Shown piece after piece: positions 7,431 to 16,973 of a DNA stretch of 64,000 nucleotides. Location: IMG/VR virus record IMGVR_UViG_3300021255_005217, one strand, 5' to 3'. Made by a program: the position numbers and the translations under genes. Source of the DNA: a virus. Under the pieces are notes generated by a model. It did not search any database. It was not told the DNA's origin and saw nothing but the letters and a program-made list of their open reading frames with translations. The first letter of the stretch is position 1. Each line of letters begins with the position of its first letter.

Positions 7431-9626
7431 TTAGTTTTCTCCTTCTGGAATTGTAAGCTGCTCTTGAAGAGTTGTTTGCAATTCGCTCTCTATTTTATTA
7501 GCATCAAGTCCTTCACGAAGAACTGTGCTACCAACAGGCCAGTCATTTTGTTTAAGAACGCCAACAGCTTCAACAAGTTTGTTGTTCAATGGACTAACCA
7601 TAATTGCATGCTGGTTGTATCTTCCGTCTGGTTTTTTCCATTCAGTTAAATGGTTCTCTTTCAACCAATGGAAATATATGTCTTCACGAGATGAGAAATA
7701 CGCATCGCGTAATCTTTGCTCACGAAGTCTTCTCTTTTTGTTCTGCTTTTCACGAAGTAATTTCTTAACTTTAAGGTAATATTTACGGTCGATAGACTCA
7801 TCCATTGAGCCACTGTCATCTCCACCACTACCACCTGAGTCGTTATCTCCACCACTTACGCCATCATCACTTCCATCGTCACCACCAAAGTCGAAGTCTC
7901 CATCATCACCTCCGCCTCCGAAGTCGAAGTCTCCATCATCTCCACCACCACCTTCTTCAGCATCAGCTTCATCATTAGCAGCTGCCTGAGCATGCGCAAT
8001 AGCGGAAAGACGTACCCATCTTTGAAGGTCTGTTGGGTCAAGGAATGTATATTTAGAAAGAATGTCTGTAACTACATCTTCAGGAAGTGCTTCACCTTCT
8101 TCAAGTCCAAGAACAGAGCCAAGAAGCTCAAGAATAGAATTAGACAAGTCGATAGAAGCTTGTTTAGCATTTCTACGTTCATCTGACATTTCTTCAGCTG
8201 GAAATCTCATTGAGAGAACAAACGGCGTATTATAGTCAAACTCACCAGTGATAGCAAAATGCAAACGAATAAGTTCACCAATACCTTGAAGGAATGTTGA
8301 CTGAACTGTATAGATATGTGTAGCAAATGGTTTGAACTGTTCTGTAAGTGCAATTCCTGAAACACCCCAAGACTCTTTTGAAGGGTCAAGATAACCACGA
8401 GGAACACCAGCAGCAAAAGCAACTTGGTCTTCAGCAAGCTCAATATCATCGGTAAAATTATAGTCAATTTTACTTTCAAGAATTTTAAGGTCGAGCAATC
8501 CTTCTGGAGCCCAAATCTTAGTGTTTACAGTGTAAACTTCAAGTGAATTGCTTGAAGGTGTGACACCAATGTTTTCATATTCTTCACGAACATTATTTAC
8601 AGTTTCAAATGCAGTTTCAACACCAACGCCTTCTGTTCCTTTTACAGTATAAAGTTGAACTGGGAAAGAAGCAGCACGAGCAAGACCTTGCAAAGTCCAA
8701 AGCGAATATGCCCTCTTAAATGGTCCTAAACAGAAAATAAGAGGTGGTGTTCCATATGGGAAAAACTCACTGCAGTCTGGATTATATCTAAAGTGTGTTA
8801 CATCCCAAGGCGGAGCAATAATTCCATCATGGAATTCATAGCCAAGAAGCTTTGTGTCGTACATGTCTGCAAAGTCATCATTCATCGCATTGAGTGCATC
8901 TTTTTCTTTGAACATTTGCAACAATTTATCAATTTTTGCTTTTCTTGATTTGTTTAAGTCTGTACCATTTGCGAGCTGTTCTTCAACTTCTGCCATATGC
9001 ATTGGAGAAAATTCAAGGCGCTCTACTAATTCTGGCGCTTTTAAAGGATTGATACGTTCAACACCATTACGTGTAATTTTATTTGCCCAAACAGCTTCGC
9101 CATATTGCTCAATTTCAAAACATGTTGAAGAAATACGTTGTTGTGTCAAACCCCATTGTGAAAATAATTCGTAACATCTGTTTGAAAATGCAACTGATGG
9201 TGACTCAACCGTAAGAATACGATTTTGGTCATCCATCATTGTAGCTTCATCTGCAACAAGGCGACATGCGCGTGAAAGATAAGGACTATTTGTTACAGCA
9301 AAACGCAATTCTGACAAACGCTCTTGGCGTTCTTGAATATCAGAATATACAATTGAAGTTTCATTCAAATAATTATTAAATAAGTGGTCAACTGTTGAAG
9401 ACAACTTTGAATTATCAAAAACATTTCCCAAAGCTGCCTGTTTAGTTCTATAAACTGGATTTCCAACATCAACTTTTACAAATTGAAGTCCTGTATCTTT
9501 TTCAAGTTGGGTAGTTGCTTTTTCTTTCGAAATAGGACGCCAACCAAATAAAGAAGACAATCTATAGTTAAAAGACTTGTTTAATAGAGCAGACTTTGGT
9601 TTCTCTTTACTTGTAAAAACTGCCAT
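7431..9626 (-). CDS. large hypothetical protein (731 aa) with acidic Gly/Asp tandem-repeat C-terminal tail (DDGDFDFGGGG x2)
   Basis: long uninterrupted ORF; C-terminal low-complexity acidic repeats; function (possibly virion/portal-like) not resolvable by eye. Confidence 0.5.
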   Translation of the reverse strand: MAVFTSKEKPKSALLNKSFNYRLSSLFGWRPISKEKATTQLEKDTGLQFVKVDVGNPVYRTKQAALGNVFDNSKLSSTVDHLFNNYLNETSIVYSDIQERQERLSELRFAVTNSPYLSRACRLVADEATMMDDQNRILTVESPSVAFSNRCYELFSQWGLTQQRISSTCFEIEQYGEAVWANKITRNGVERINPLKAPELVERLEFSPMHMAEVEEQLANGTDLNKSRKAKIDKLLQMFKEKDALNAMNDDFADMYDTKLLGYEFHDGIIAPPWDVTHFRYNPDCSEFFPYGTPPLIFCLGPFKRAYSLWTLQGLARAASFPVQLYTVKGTEGVGVETAFETVNNVREEYENIGVTPSSNSLEVYTVNTKIWAPEGLLDLKILESKIDYNFTDDIELAEDQVAFAAGVPRGYLDPSKESWGVSGIALTEQFKPFATHIYTVQSTFLQGIGELIRLHFAITGEFDYNTPFVLSMRFPAEEMSDERRNAKQASIDLSNSILELLGSVLGLEEGEALPEDVVTDILSKYTFLDPTDLQRWVRLSAIAHAQAAANDEADAEEGGGGDDGDFDFGGGGDDGDFDFGGDDGSDDGVSGGDNDSGGSGGDDSGSMDESIDRKYYLKVKKLLREKQNKKRRLREQRLRDAYFSSREDIYFHWLKENHLTEWKKPDGRYNQHAIMVSPLNNKLVEAVGVLKQNDWPVGSTVLREGLDANKIESELQTTLQEQLTIPEGEN

Positions 9627-9643
9627 AAATAATTAGTAATAGA

Positions 9644-10123
9644 TTAATTTTTTGGAACAAACTCATCACGCCACCCTGGACATTTGTCATCTAATTCTTT
9701 TGCCATTTGTTTGCAGTCTTCTGAGAAAACCCATTCAACTTCAGGATGTTGATTTTTCTTTTGCTGATCTTTTGGTCTAACAACGCCTTTTACTTCATAA
9801 AAAATGCCATTCACTACGAAGTCTGGGTACCACTTTCGGCTTTTACCATTTTCATCAATATAATTCAAAAACTTCAATTTCATATTTCGTTCTACTGAAG
9901 CATGGCATATTTTTTCTTCATACGTCATGAACGTAAACTCAGCAAAACTATCATATGAAACACCATATGCAAAGCCCTTTTTTGCAATCGCTTTATTAAA
10001 TGAACTGTTCGGTTTTACGCCTGTCCATTTATCTTTTATTGCGTCTTCTTGAAATTTTTCAAATTCTTCGACTGATTGGAATGGCTTAATGCATCCAGTC
10101 TTTTTCCAAAATTGATAGTTCAT
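9644..10123 (-). CDS. PD-(D/E)xK-type nuclease-like protein
   Basis: YPDFVVNGIFYEVKG matches D-x(n)-E-x-K restriction-endonuclease-fold motif. Confidence 0.35.
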   Translation of the reverse strand: MNYQFWKKTGCIKPFQSVEEFEKFQEDAIKDKWTGVKPNSSFNKAIAKKGFAYGVSYDSFAEFTFMTYEEKICHASVERNMKLKFLNYIDENGKSRKWYPDFVVNGIFYEVKGVVRPKDQQKKNQHPEVEWVFSEDCKQMAKELDDKCPGWRDEFVPKN

Positions 10124-10124
10124 T

Positions 10125-11084
10125 TTAGTATTTCATCCTTTCTTCATATTCACTGTCAGGCCGTGTTCGTGGCGGATATTTTCTAAGACATCTCATATTG
10201 TCATTTTTCATACAAATTTGATAAAATCCATTTGCATGAACATTATAGTGGATATAACGTGACATATTTGTTACAATATAGTCTATTGGGTCATCGCCAA
10301 AGTCATCTATAAAGCCTAATAAGCATTTTCTAACTGAAGAACATCCACAATCTGCTTGTAAAAATCCAGATGGCATCAGAACTGGCGAAAAGTCACATCC
10401 TAATGCTGGCCAAGTTATTTCAGCAACGTCATTGTTCGCAGCAGTTTTTGCTCCACGGTCTGAATAGCATAATGGCAGTTGAAACTTCCAATATTTTTTA
10501 TTTTCTAATTTTTCTTCAACGTCTGGGAAGTCTTCTGGATAATATGGCGGCCAACCAAAATGCTGAATCCATCTTTGAAGATGAGCGATATGGTCTTTAT
10601 CGATAATTGCTGTTGAGCCAAAATGAATGTTTGGTTTATCTTCAAAAAAGTGCATAAGCGTATTCACAACCTTTGCCTGGTCTGTTTGTGCTTCAAGATA
10701 CTTATTAAATGAAACAATTATGTTGTCAACACCAAATGTTAAAAACTCATTTCTAAAGTCTTCATCTTCATACAGTCTTTTTCCATTTGTAAAGACACAA
10801 ACTGGTTTTCCGTATTTATGTCCAATTTTTACGCACTCTTTTATTGCTTCAGGCTCTAATGTTGGCTCACCGCCTTGAAGATGCAGAAACTTAATATATT
10901 CACTTTTTGCAAGTCTGTCAACCCATTCAAAATTTTCAAGTCTCTCTTTTTCATATGAGGCATACTGCTCTGAAGCTGCATAGCAATGTGCACATGCCAT
11001 ATTGCATCTTGTTGTCAGACGTATTTTCAAATGCCAGTACATTCTTTCAAACACGCCTTCCATGTCTTCATTTGTGAGTAACAT
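10125..11084 (-). CDS. radical SAM enzyme with Cys-rich C-terminal extension
   Basis: CNMACAHC (CxxxCxxC) plus LQGGEPTL SAM-binding motif; C-terminal CDFSP...CGCSS..C cluster suggests auxiliary Fe-S site. Confidence 0.7.
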   Translation of the reverse strand: MLLTNEDMEGVFERMYWHLKIRLTTRCNMACAHCYAASEQYASYEKERLENFEWVDRLAKSEYIKFLHLQGGEPTLEPEAIKECVKIGHKYGKPVCVFTNGKRLYEDEDFRNEFLTFGVDNIIVSFNKYLEAQTDQAKVVNTLMHFFEDKPNIHFGSTAIIDKDHIAHLQRWIQHFGWPPYYPEDFPDVEEKLENKKYWKFQLPLCYSDRGAKTAANNDVAEITWPALGCDFSPVLMPSGFLQADCGCSSVRKCLLGFIDDFGDDPIDYIVTNMSRYIHYNVHANGFYQICMKNDNMRCLRKYPPRTRPDSEYEERMKY

Positions 11085-11617
11085 TAAAATCCTCCATAAA
11101 AGCGCGCTGTATTTTTCAATAAGTTGTTCTGTATATTTTGTTTTCGAATGTCAGCATCAGCCATCTTATCGAATAAGCTGATATTTACCATATGGTTTAA
11201 GACGTTGTCTTTTCCAAACTTTGCGTCATAGTCTGCACGTGCATTTTCATACAAGTCTTGTTTTGTCAACTTATCATTAAAGCGTAACTGGTTCAAAGCT
11301 CTATATTCATCTGTTTGGCGGTTATATTGATAAAAACCTTGATATTGTGATAATGAATTCTCAATATTGCGCATGTTATAATACGTTTTTTGTGATTGGT
11401 TATCCATCAAAATATCTTCAAGAGTTTTGATAAATTTCTCATTTGACATAACCATTTTAAACGTACCATCATCTATCCATACACGTACTTTATGCCTATT
11501 TGGAATAGGTTGCCATGTAATTTCTATAAATTGTTCAAATCTACGTAAGCTTTCTGCTTCTAGCTCAGCTAATGTTTTTGAAGAAGTACGCTCTTCTTCT
11601 TTTTCATTATCTTCCAT
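11084..11617 (-). CDS. hypothetical protein
   Basis: 177-aa ORF start-stop overlapping the radical SAM gene. Confidence 0.45.
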   Translation of the reverse strand: MEDNEKEEERTSSKTLAELEAESLRRFEQFIEITWQPIPNRHKVRVWIDDGTFKMVMSNEKFIKTLEDILMDNQSQKTYYNMRNIENSLSQYQGFYQYNRQTDEYRALNQLRFNDKLTKQDLYENARADYDAKFGKDNVLNHMVNISLFDKMADADIRKQNIQNNLLKNTARFYGGF

Positions 11618-11647
11618 AATAAAATAGTCTCAAATAACTAAATCTAT

Positions 11648-12205
11648 ATGTCAGGTAGAATATCAACGTTTCAGTCTCGTCTCGCAATGAAACAAGACTC
11701 ATTCAAACGAAAAATTATAGATGGCTCAAATATTTTCTTAGTTTCATCACCAGTTGATTGTTTTTTAATTAAAGCAAAGAAAACTTATGAAGGTGATGAT
11801 GATACTTGGGTTGTTGAAAAAACAGATGTCATTCCAGTTGTATTTCCAGCTCTTGAAGATGTTCCATTCAGAAAAGTTCGAGTTGATGGTGTTACAGGAC
11901 AATGGACACTTTCATCTTTAGTAGATGCATTTGAAGATGGACAACAAGAAAAAATGTATACGCTTCAAGTTCCTTGGGGAATTGATATTGATGTTGGCGA
12001 TTTGATAATTCGTGTATTCGTTGATGAAGCACAAAAAGTAAATGCTGTTGTTCCTATGCAAGTTCAAGAATTATTGGGAACTTTTGGCCAAATGAAAATG
12101 ATTATGCAAAAATGTGCATGCACTATTCCAACTGACAATTTCCCACAAGAAGTAGTTGAATGTATTCGTGAGATGTCCAAAAGGAGAAGTGCAGTTGCGT
12201 ATTGA
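11648..12205 (+). CDS. hypothetical protein
   Basis: 185-aa ORF. Confidence 0.45.
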   Translation: MSGRISTFQSRLAMKQDSFKRKIIDGSNIFLVSSPVDCFLIKAKKTYEGDDDTWVVEKTDVIPVVFPALEDVPFRKVRVDGVTGQWTLSSLVDAFEDGQQEKMYTLQVPWGIDIDVGDLIIRVFVDEAQKVNAVVPMQVQELLGTFGQMKMIMQKCACTIPTDNFPQEVVECIREMSKRRSAVAY

Positions 12206-12584
12206 TATTTTGTCACCTGAACAGGTTTTAGAATATACTGATGGCTTTTCTCTTCCAAAAATCTACATTGAGCGTGATGCTCTATACAGACAAAATTGGC
12301 TTCATTTAGTTGCTGATGACTACACGAATGATGCTTTTGTTTACATAATGCCAAGTGAAACACATGACATCTCAAATGGAATTTGGGTTTCCGTGTTTGA
12401 AGTTAGAGACAAAGGAAAGGGATTTGGAACAAAATGTATAGACTATCTTAAGTCATTAGCGCAACAACTACATAAAAATAATTTGGCACTTCATGCGAAA
12501 GATAAAAGTGCCAAACTATTTTACTTGTCGAATGGTTTTAAGCCAATCAATGAAAATAATGACTTAATGCTCAGCGTAATGTAA
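12156..12584 (+). CDS. GNAT-family N-acetyltransferase-like protein
   Basis: VRDKGKGFGTKCIDYL resembles acetyl-CoA binding motif A (R/Q-x-x-G-x-G/A). Confidence 0.4.
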   Translation: MNVFVRCPKGEVQLRIDILSPEQVLEYTDGFSLPKIYIERDALYRQNWLHLVADDYTNDAFVYIMPSETHDISNGIWVSVFEVRDKGKGFGTKCIDYLKSLAQQLHKNNLALHAKDKSAKLFYLSNGFKPINENNDLMLSVM

Positions 12585-13034
12585 GACTTCTTTTGTTGTC
12601 CAAAATTTTCCATTTCTTGGCTGTGAGCTTCGTAATGAAGTCGCTTTTACCCAAATATATTTTGTCATGTTTTTATTAAACAATAAATACCATGCTTTTG
12701 GGTCATTTCTGAATGTCTCTGAGGCTCCAGTTTTTGTAATTGTGCCATAAAATGCGTCCGGCTCATTTGGCCCAGCACGCTTTACATCAATTCTTTGTGT
12801 AATGTCACCATTCTTAATAATCTGGATGTCGCCATATTTTGCGTCATTTTCAGGTGACCATTTGTTTCCCAACCATTCTTTAGTTGGGATTGCTTCATAT
12901 CCTTTTGAACGAAACCAATTCAACGCATATTTTTCAGCTTCTTCACCATACGCGCCTCTGAACTCATCATATGCCATTTTAGATTGTCTTCCAGAAGTTT
13001 TTGTCTGTATTTGCAAATGACTGTGATTTGTCAA
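12564..13034 (-). CDS. hypothetical protein
   Basis: 156-aa ORF. Confidence 0.4.
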   Translation of the reverse strand: MTNHSHLQIQTKTSGRQSKMAYDEFRGAYGEEAEKYALNWFRSKGYEAIPTKEWLGNKWSPENDAKYGDIQIIKNGDITQRIDVKRAGPNEPDAFYGTITKTGASETFRNDPKAWYLLFNKNMTKYIWVKATSLRSSQPRNGKFWTTKEVLHYAEH

Positions 13035-13770
13035 GCAAACCTTTTGTGTAGATTTTCTTTGGATTGAGCTTCATATCATTACACCAGCTGTAGATAATGC
13101 GGTAGTCAGCATATGCTCCCAAAGAAGTTCCAAGATTGATGTCCTTAGTTTCCTGCTTTTTCTGAAGATTGAACTGTGCTTTTTCAATGCGCTCATTCTG
13201 TTTCTCAAGCTGAGCTTCAAGCTTGGCGCGTTTTTCCTTCAATTTAGCAAGCTTTTCTTTTTTCAAAGTCGGCATCTTTGCATATTTTGCTTTGATAGAT
13301 TTTTCTTCTTCATCAAGTTTGGCGAGCTTTTCTTCCTGCTTTGCCTTAACTTCAATCATTTTATCCTGAGAAGCTGTTACCTTCTCTTTTGCTTTTTCTT
13401 CCTGTTCTTTGAAGTTTTTTGCAACATTTTTCTGGTGGTTAAGAGTCTTTGCAATTTCAAGATTTGCACGATACATTGCTCGAACTTTTTCAGCATCAGT
13501 TGAGTTCTCATCAACTTTCTGTTTCTTCAATTCATCGACCAAAACTTTGTTACATTTTGCAGTACGCAAAACTTTTGGTGAAATATTCTGATTGAGCTCT
13601 TTCAAGAAAGCTGAAACATCGGCTGATGAAACTTTATCGAAGATTTCTTCTCCGTCTTTTGCGGCATCGAAGAGTTTTTTGAATTCATCATATATTTCAT
13701 CTGGGACCTGGATGTTACGATTAAAACGGACACTGTCTTTGCCGTAGAAGTCAAGATTAAAGGTCTTCAT
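12979..13770 (-). CDS. coiled-coil protein (Lys/Glu-rich heptad region)
   Basis: KEKLAKLKEKRAKLEAQLEKQNERIEKAQF-type repeats; strong SD aaggagaaaatatg; preceded by conserved promoter copy 2. Confidence 0.5.
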   Translation of the reverse strand: MKTFNLDFYGKDSVRFNRNIQVPDEIYDEFKKLFDAAKDGEEIFDKVSSADVSAFLKELNQNISPKVLRTAKCNKVLVDELKKQKVDENSTDAEKVRAMYRANLEIAKTLNHQKNVAKNFKEQEEKAKEKVTASQDKMIEVKAKQEEKLAKLDEEEKSIKAKYAKMPTLKKEKLAKLKEKRAKLEAQLEKQNERIEKAQFNLQKKQETKDINLGTSLGAYADYRIIYSWCNDMKLNPKKIYTKGLLDKSQSFANTDKNFWKTI

Positions 13771-13781
13771 ATTTTCTCCTT

Positions 13782-13826
13782 GTTACGGATATAATATATG
13801 AGATTAATAAAAATTGTTCAAAAAAC
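13782..13826 (-). promoter_or_regulatory. conserved sigmaA-type promoter copy 2
   Basis: TTGAAC-N17-TATATT-ATATCCGTAAC on minus strand, 12 nt upstream of SD. Confidence 0.55.
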
Positions 13827-14044
13827 TTGCATCTTTTGAAAATAAACTAACTATATAATTAAACAATGACGCTTATTAAGAGCGTCTGTCTTTCAAAAAT
13901 TTCTTAAAGGAAATTACCAAGATTCATATATTTTGGTACAAGTTTGTTTTTATATAACACCTGAAATACACTTTTAAATATAAGTGAATGTCATTTTAAG
14001 ATATTTGTTTTGAAGACTTCTATTCTAAAAGGAGAATTATCAAA

Positions 14045-15868
14045 ATGGGTATGAACTCAGCAATGAGCGCAAAAAATGCTAATGCTCGCGCAGAAGCAGT
14101 ACAGAAAATGTACAAGGATGACAGAAATTTCAGAGCTGACAAGCTTATCGAAGCTTGGTCACGTATTCCTGAAGTAGGTGAAGGTTTGAAAACAATGCCA
14201 GTTGGTGTTGCTCGTAACACAGCTATCAACTTGGACCGCCAGTACAACTTTATGAGCAACTTGAAAGAGTCTCAGATGGCAACAGCATTGAACAACTTCA
14301 CACCAGAGAATATGCTTCGTCTTGTAAGACTTTCAATGCCAAACCTTATCCGCAATAAAGTATTTACAGAAGTTGCTCTTGAAACAACAAAGGACAGCAT
14401 CCAGTACGTTCGTCCATTCTTCAGCAAAACAGCTAATGGACATGACTTGAACGACCGTGACTCAACATACGGTGGACGTGAAGATGACGACTACGACCCA
14501 TGGGAGTATGGAAAAGGTGGTGACTTCAACCGTGATGAATTCCGTAAGGCTCTCTATGAAGACGTTCGTGATCGCCACAATATGGAAATCGCAAACGTTC
14601 CTGTTGACGGTAAAATCAACGGTGAGCAGGTAAAACTCTTCTTCAAAGACCTCACAGACGGTACAGAAATCGAAGGTCTTTCAGAGAGTGCAAAACACCT
14701 CTCAACAAAATGGGGTAAAAATGGTGCTAACTACGTTGATGGTTATGTAGGAATCTTCGGTTACAATGATGGTGATGACAGCAATACTGTAGACCAGCAG
14801 CTCATCGCAGCTCAGGACAAACGTTCTGGTGAATTCCTTGCTGCTCCTGGTTTCAAAGTTGAGATGATTAAGCCTGTTGCTTACCGCAGCAAGTTCCTCA
14901 ACAACCATGAAGCTGGTATCACAGTTATGCCAAAGACTGACGACATCGAAGCTGCTTTGAAGACTGAAGGTCCTGGTGTAATGATTGTAAAAGTTTCTAC
15001 AACAGAAGATGTTGCTAAGAAAGCTCCTTGGTTCAAAGATGGAAGCACAGAAATTCGTGCTTATGGACGTTTCAACGCTGAGAGCGACTTCGAAGGTAAC
15101 CACCTTGGTGAAGTTGAAATCCAGTTGACAGACTACCAGTTCAAACCTTCTATGACATCAATTGGTGTTTCTTGGTCACAGCTCACAGAAATCACATTGC
15201 AGACATCTTACAGCACATCAGCTGAAGAGCTCTTGGTAAGCTACGCTTCTCAGGAAATCCGTTCAGCTCTTGACTACCGTGCAATCAAACTCGGTTATCA
15301 GATGGCTAAGACAAATGCTTCACATAACCCTAACTACTACTATGTATTCGATGCTGCTTACTCAACAGAGGATGTTCCAGCTAATACACGTGGTGCTAAA
15401 GACGGTTATCGTGACAACGCTTCAACAATTGTTTCAGCATTTGACGCAATTGGTGATGTTATTTATGATGAAATCCTCCGTGGTGGTGTAAGCCGCTTGG
15501 TAGGTGGTCCTTCAGCTGTTTCTTACTTGAAACTCGCTCAGGGATTGTGGAGCCCAACTGGAAAACAGGCATCTCGTGGTGCTCACCAGGAAGGTACATT
15601 CGACAGCATGCCTGTATTCAAAGTACCATCAAGCATCATCCCAACAGATGAAATCTTGACAGTATGGAAAGATGACCAGGTTGAAACAGAAGTTTCTATC
15701 GTATTCGGTACATTGGTTCCATTCTTCTCAACAGGTATCATTCCTCGTAAGAACTTCTACAAGGAAGCTGGTATCGCTACTTGGGGTGACCACCAGGTAC
15801 TCAACCGCCGCTTCTTGGCAATCGTTAAGATCGCTAATATGAAAGACTTCAACAAGAAGGCAGACTAA
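14045..15868 (+). CDS. probable major virion structural protein (capsid candidate), 607 aa
   Basis: near-consensus SD aaaggagaa, strongly biased codon usage, immediately followed by a perfect intrinsic terminator; expression-level features typical of major capsid genes; no motif-level confirmation possible. Confidence 0.45.
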   Translation: MGMNSAMSAKNANARAEAVQKMYKDDRNFRADKLIEAWSRIPEVGEGLKTMPVGVARNTAINLDRQYNFMSNLKESQMATALNNFTPENMLRLVRLSMPNLIRNKVFTEVALETTKDSIQYVRPFFSKTANGHDLNDRDSTYGGREDDDYDPWEYGKGGDFNRDEFRKALYEDVRDRHNMEIANVPVDGKINGEQVKLFFKDLTDGTEIEGLSESAKHLSTKWGKNGANYVDGYVGIFGYNDGDDSNTVDQQLIAAQDKRSGEFLAAPGFKVEMIKPVAYRSKFLNNHEAGITVMPKTDDIEAALKTEGPGVMIVKVSTTEDVAKKAPWFKDGSTEIRAYGRFNAESDFEGNHLGEVEIQLTDYQFKPSMTSIGVSWSQLTEITLQTSYSTSAEELLVSYASQEIRSALDYRAIKLGYQMAKTNASHNPNYYYVFDAAYSTEDVPANTRGAKDGYRDNASTIVSAFDAIGDVIYDEILRGGVSRLVGGPSAVSYLKLAQGLWSPTGKQASRGAHQEGTFDSMPVFKVPSSIIPTDEILTVWKDDQVETEVSIVFGTLVPFFSTGIIPRKNFYKEAGIATWGDHQVLNRRFLAIVKIANMKDFNKKAD

Positions 15869-15890
15869 GTGTTAGCTTCTAACGAATAAG

Positions 15891-15921
15891 AAATGCCGCT
15901 CTTCGGAGCGGCATTTTTTTA
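15891..15921 (+). terminator. intrinsic terminator (aaatgccgctc-ttcg-gagcggcattttttt)
   Basis: 11-bp GC-rich stem + 7 T. Confidence 0.8.
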
Positions 15922-15940
15922 TTAATCACTAATTTTCATT

Positions 15941-16960
15941 ATGACTAATAATAGATTTAATTTTAAGCTTTCATTTATCTTTTTTATTCTTGCTGTCATT
16001 TCGAATGGAGCAGGCCTTTTAATTGATTACATCAATTATGAAAATACTTTTATTGGCAATATAAACATCATTTCTGTTACTATCAGTTTTTCTTTAGTTT
16101 TCATATTAGGTATTTTTACTATTTTTATTCTCAACAAATATGATTTATATCCAAAAATCATAATATTTTTGATGGCATATCTTACATTTCCAGCATTACT
16201 AATTTCAAGTAAAGATGGCGGCTTCATTTATTTTTTAAATCTTATTTCATCAACATTCGGTTTAGTTTCTTATCTCGACAAAAATCTCGGAAAGCTTGGG
16301 TTTTTTCCTATAATTTTATATGACTTTTTAATTTGGCTGAAAATAAAATACCAAATAAATATTGAAAATATTGAGTTCTATACAACAAACTCTACCAGAA
16401 TTTTGGTTGGAACAACTGTTTCATACTTATTTACATACGTTGTCACTTATACCGCTTTCAAAAAACTATGTGAAGTAAACAAAGAACTGCGTGAGCACGC
16501 ATATAAAGACCAGCTTACTGGCGCATATAATCGATATTATTTATACGATCAAGATTTGACAAACTGTGGTATTATTATGATTGACATCGATAATTTTAAA
16601 AAATTAAATGATGAATTTGGCCATAGCAACGGTGATGCTTCATTAAAGTCACTATACAAAATATTACAAGAAATCTTACGAAAAGATGATAAAATTATCC
16701 GTTATGGTGGTGAAGAGTTTATTATTATCCTGAAAGACTTGACTTTAAAATATGACTTGTATAAGATTGCTGAAGCTGTTCGTATCAATGTTTTGAACAG
16801 AACTAAAAATGATAATTCTATTAAAAAATCATTTTCTATTTCAGTTGGAGCTGTATTATATGACAATAGTCTAACTCTCGACCAAAATATTAAAGTTGTT
16901 GACTCACTTTTGTATTGTTCTAAGCATTCTGGAAAAAACAAGACTTCTATTGGTGACTAA
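15941..16960 (+). CDS. membrane-anchored diguanylate cyclase (multi-TM N-terminus + GGDEF domain, GGEEF active site)
   Basis: DQLTGAYNRYYL...IIMIDIDNFKKLNDEFGHSNGDASL...RYGGEEFIIIL; about 5 hydrophobic helices in first 180 aa. Confidence 0.85.
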   Translation: MTNNRFNFKLSFIFFILAVISNGAGLLIDYINYENTFIGNINIISVTISFSLVFILGIFTIFILNKYDLYPKIIIFLMAYLTFPALLISSKDGGFIYFLNLISSTFGLVSYLDKNLGKLGFFPIILYDFLIWLKIKYQINIENIEFYTTNSTRILVGTTVSYLFTYVVTYTAFKKLCEVNKELREHAYKDQLTGAYNRYYLYDQDLTNCGIIMIDIDNFKKLNDEFGHSNGDASLKSLYKILQEILRKDDKIIRYGGEEFIIILKDLTLKYDLYKIAEAVRINVLNRTKNDNSIKKSFSISVGAVLYDNSLTLDQNIKVVDSLLYCSKHSGKNKTSIGD

Positions 16961-16973
16961 CTAATTTTATATT

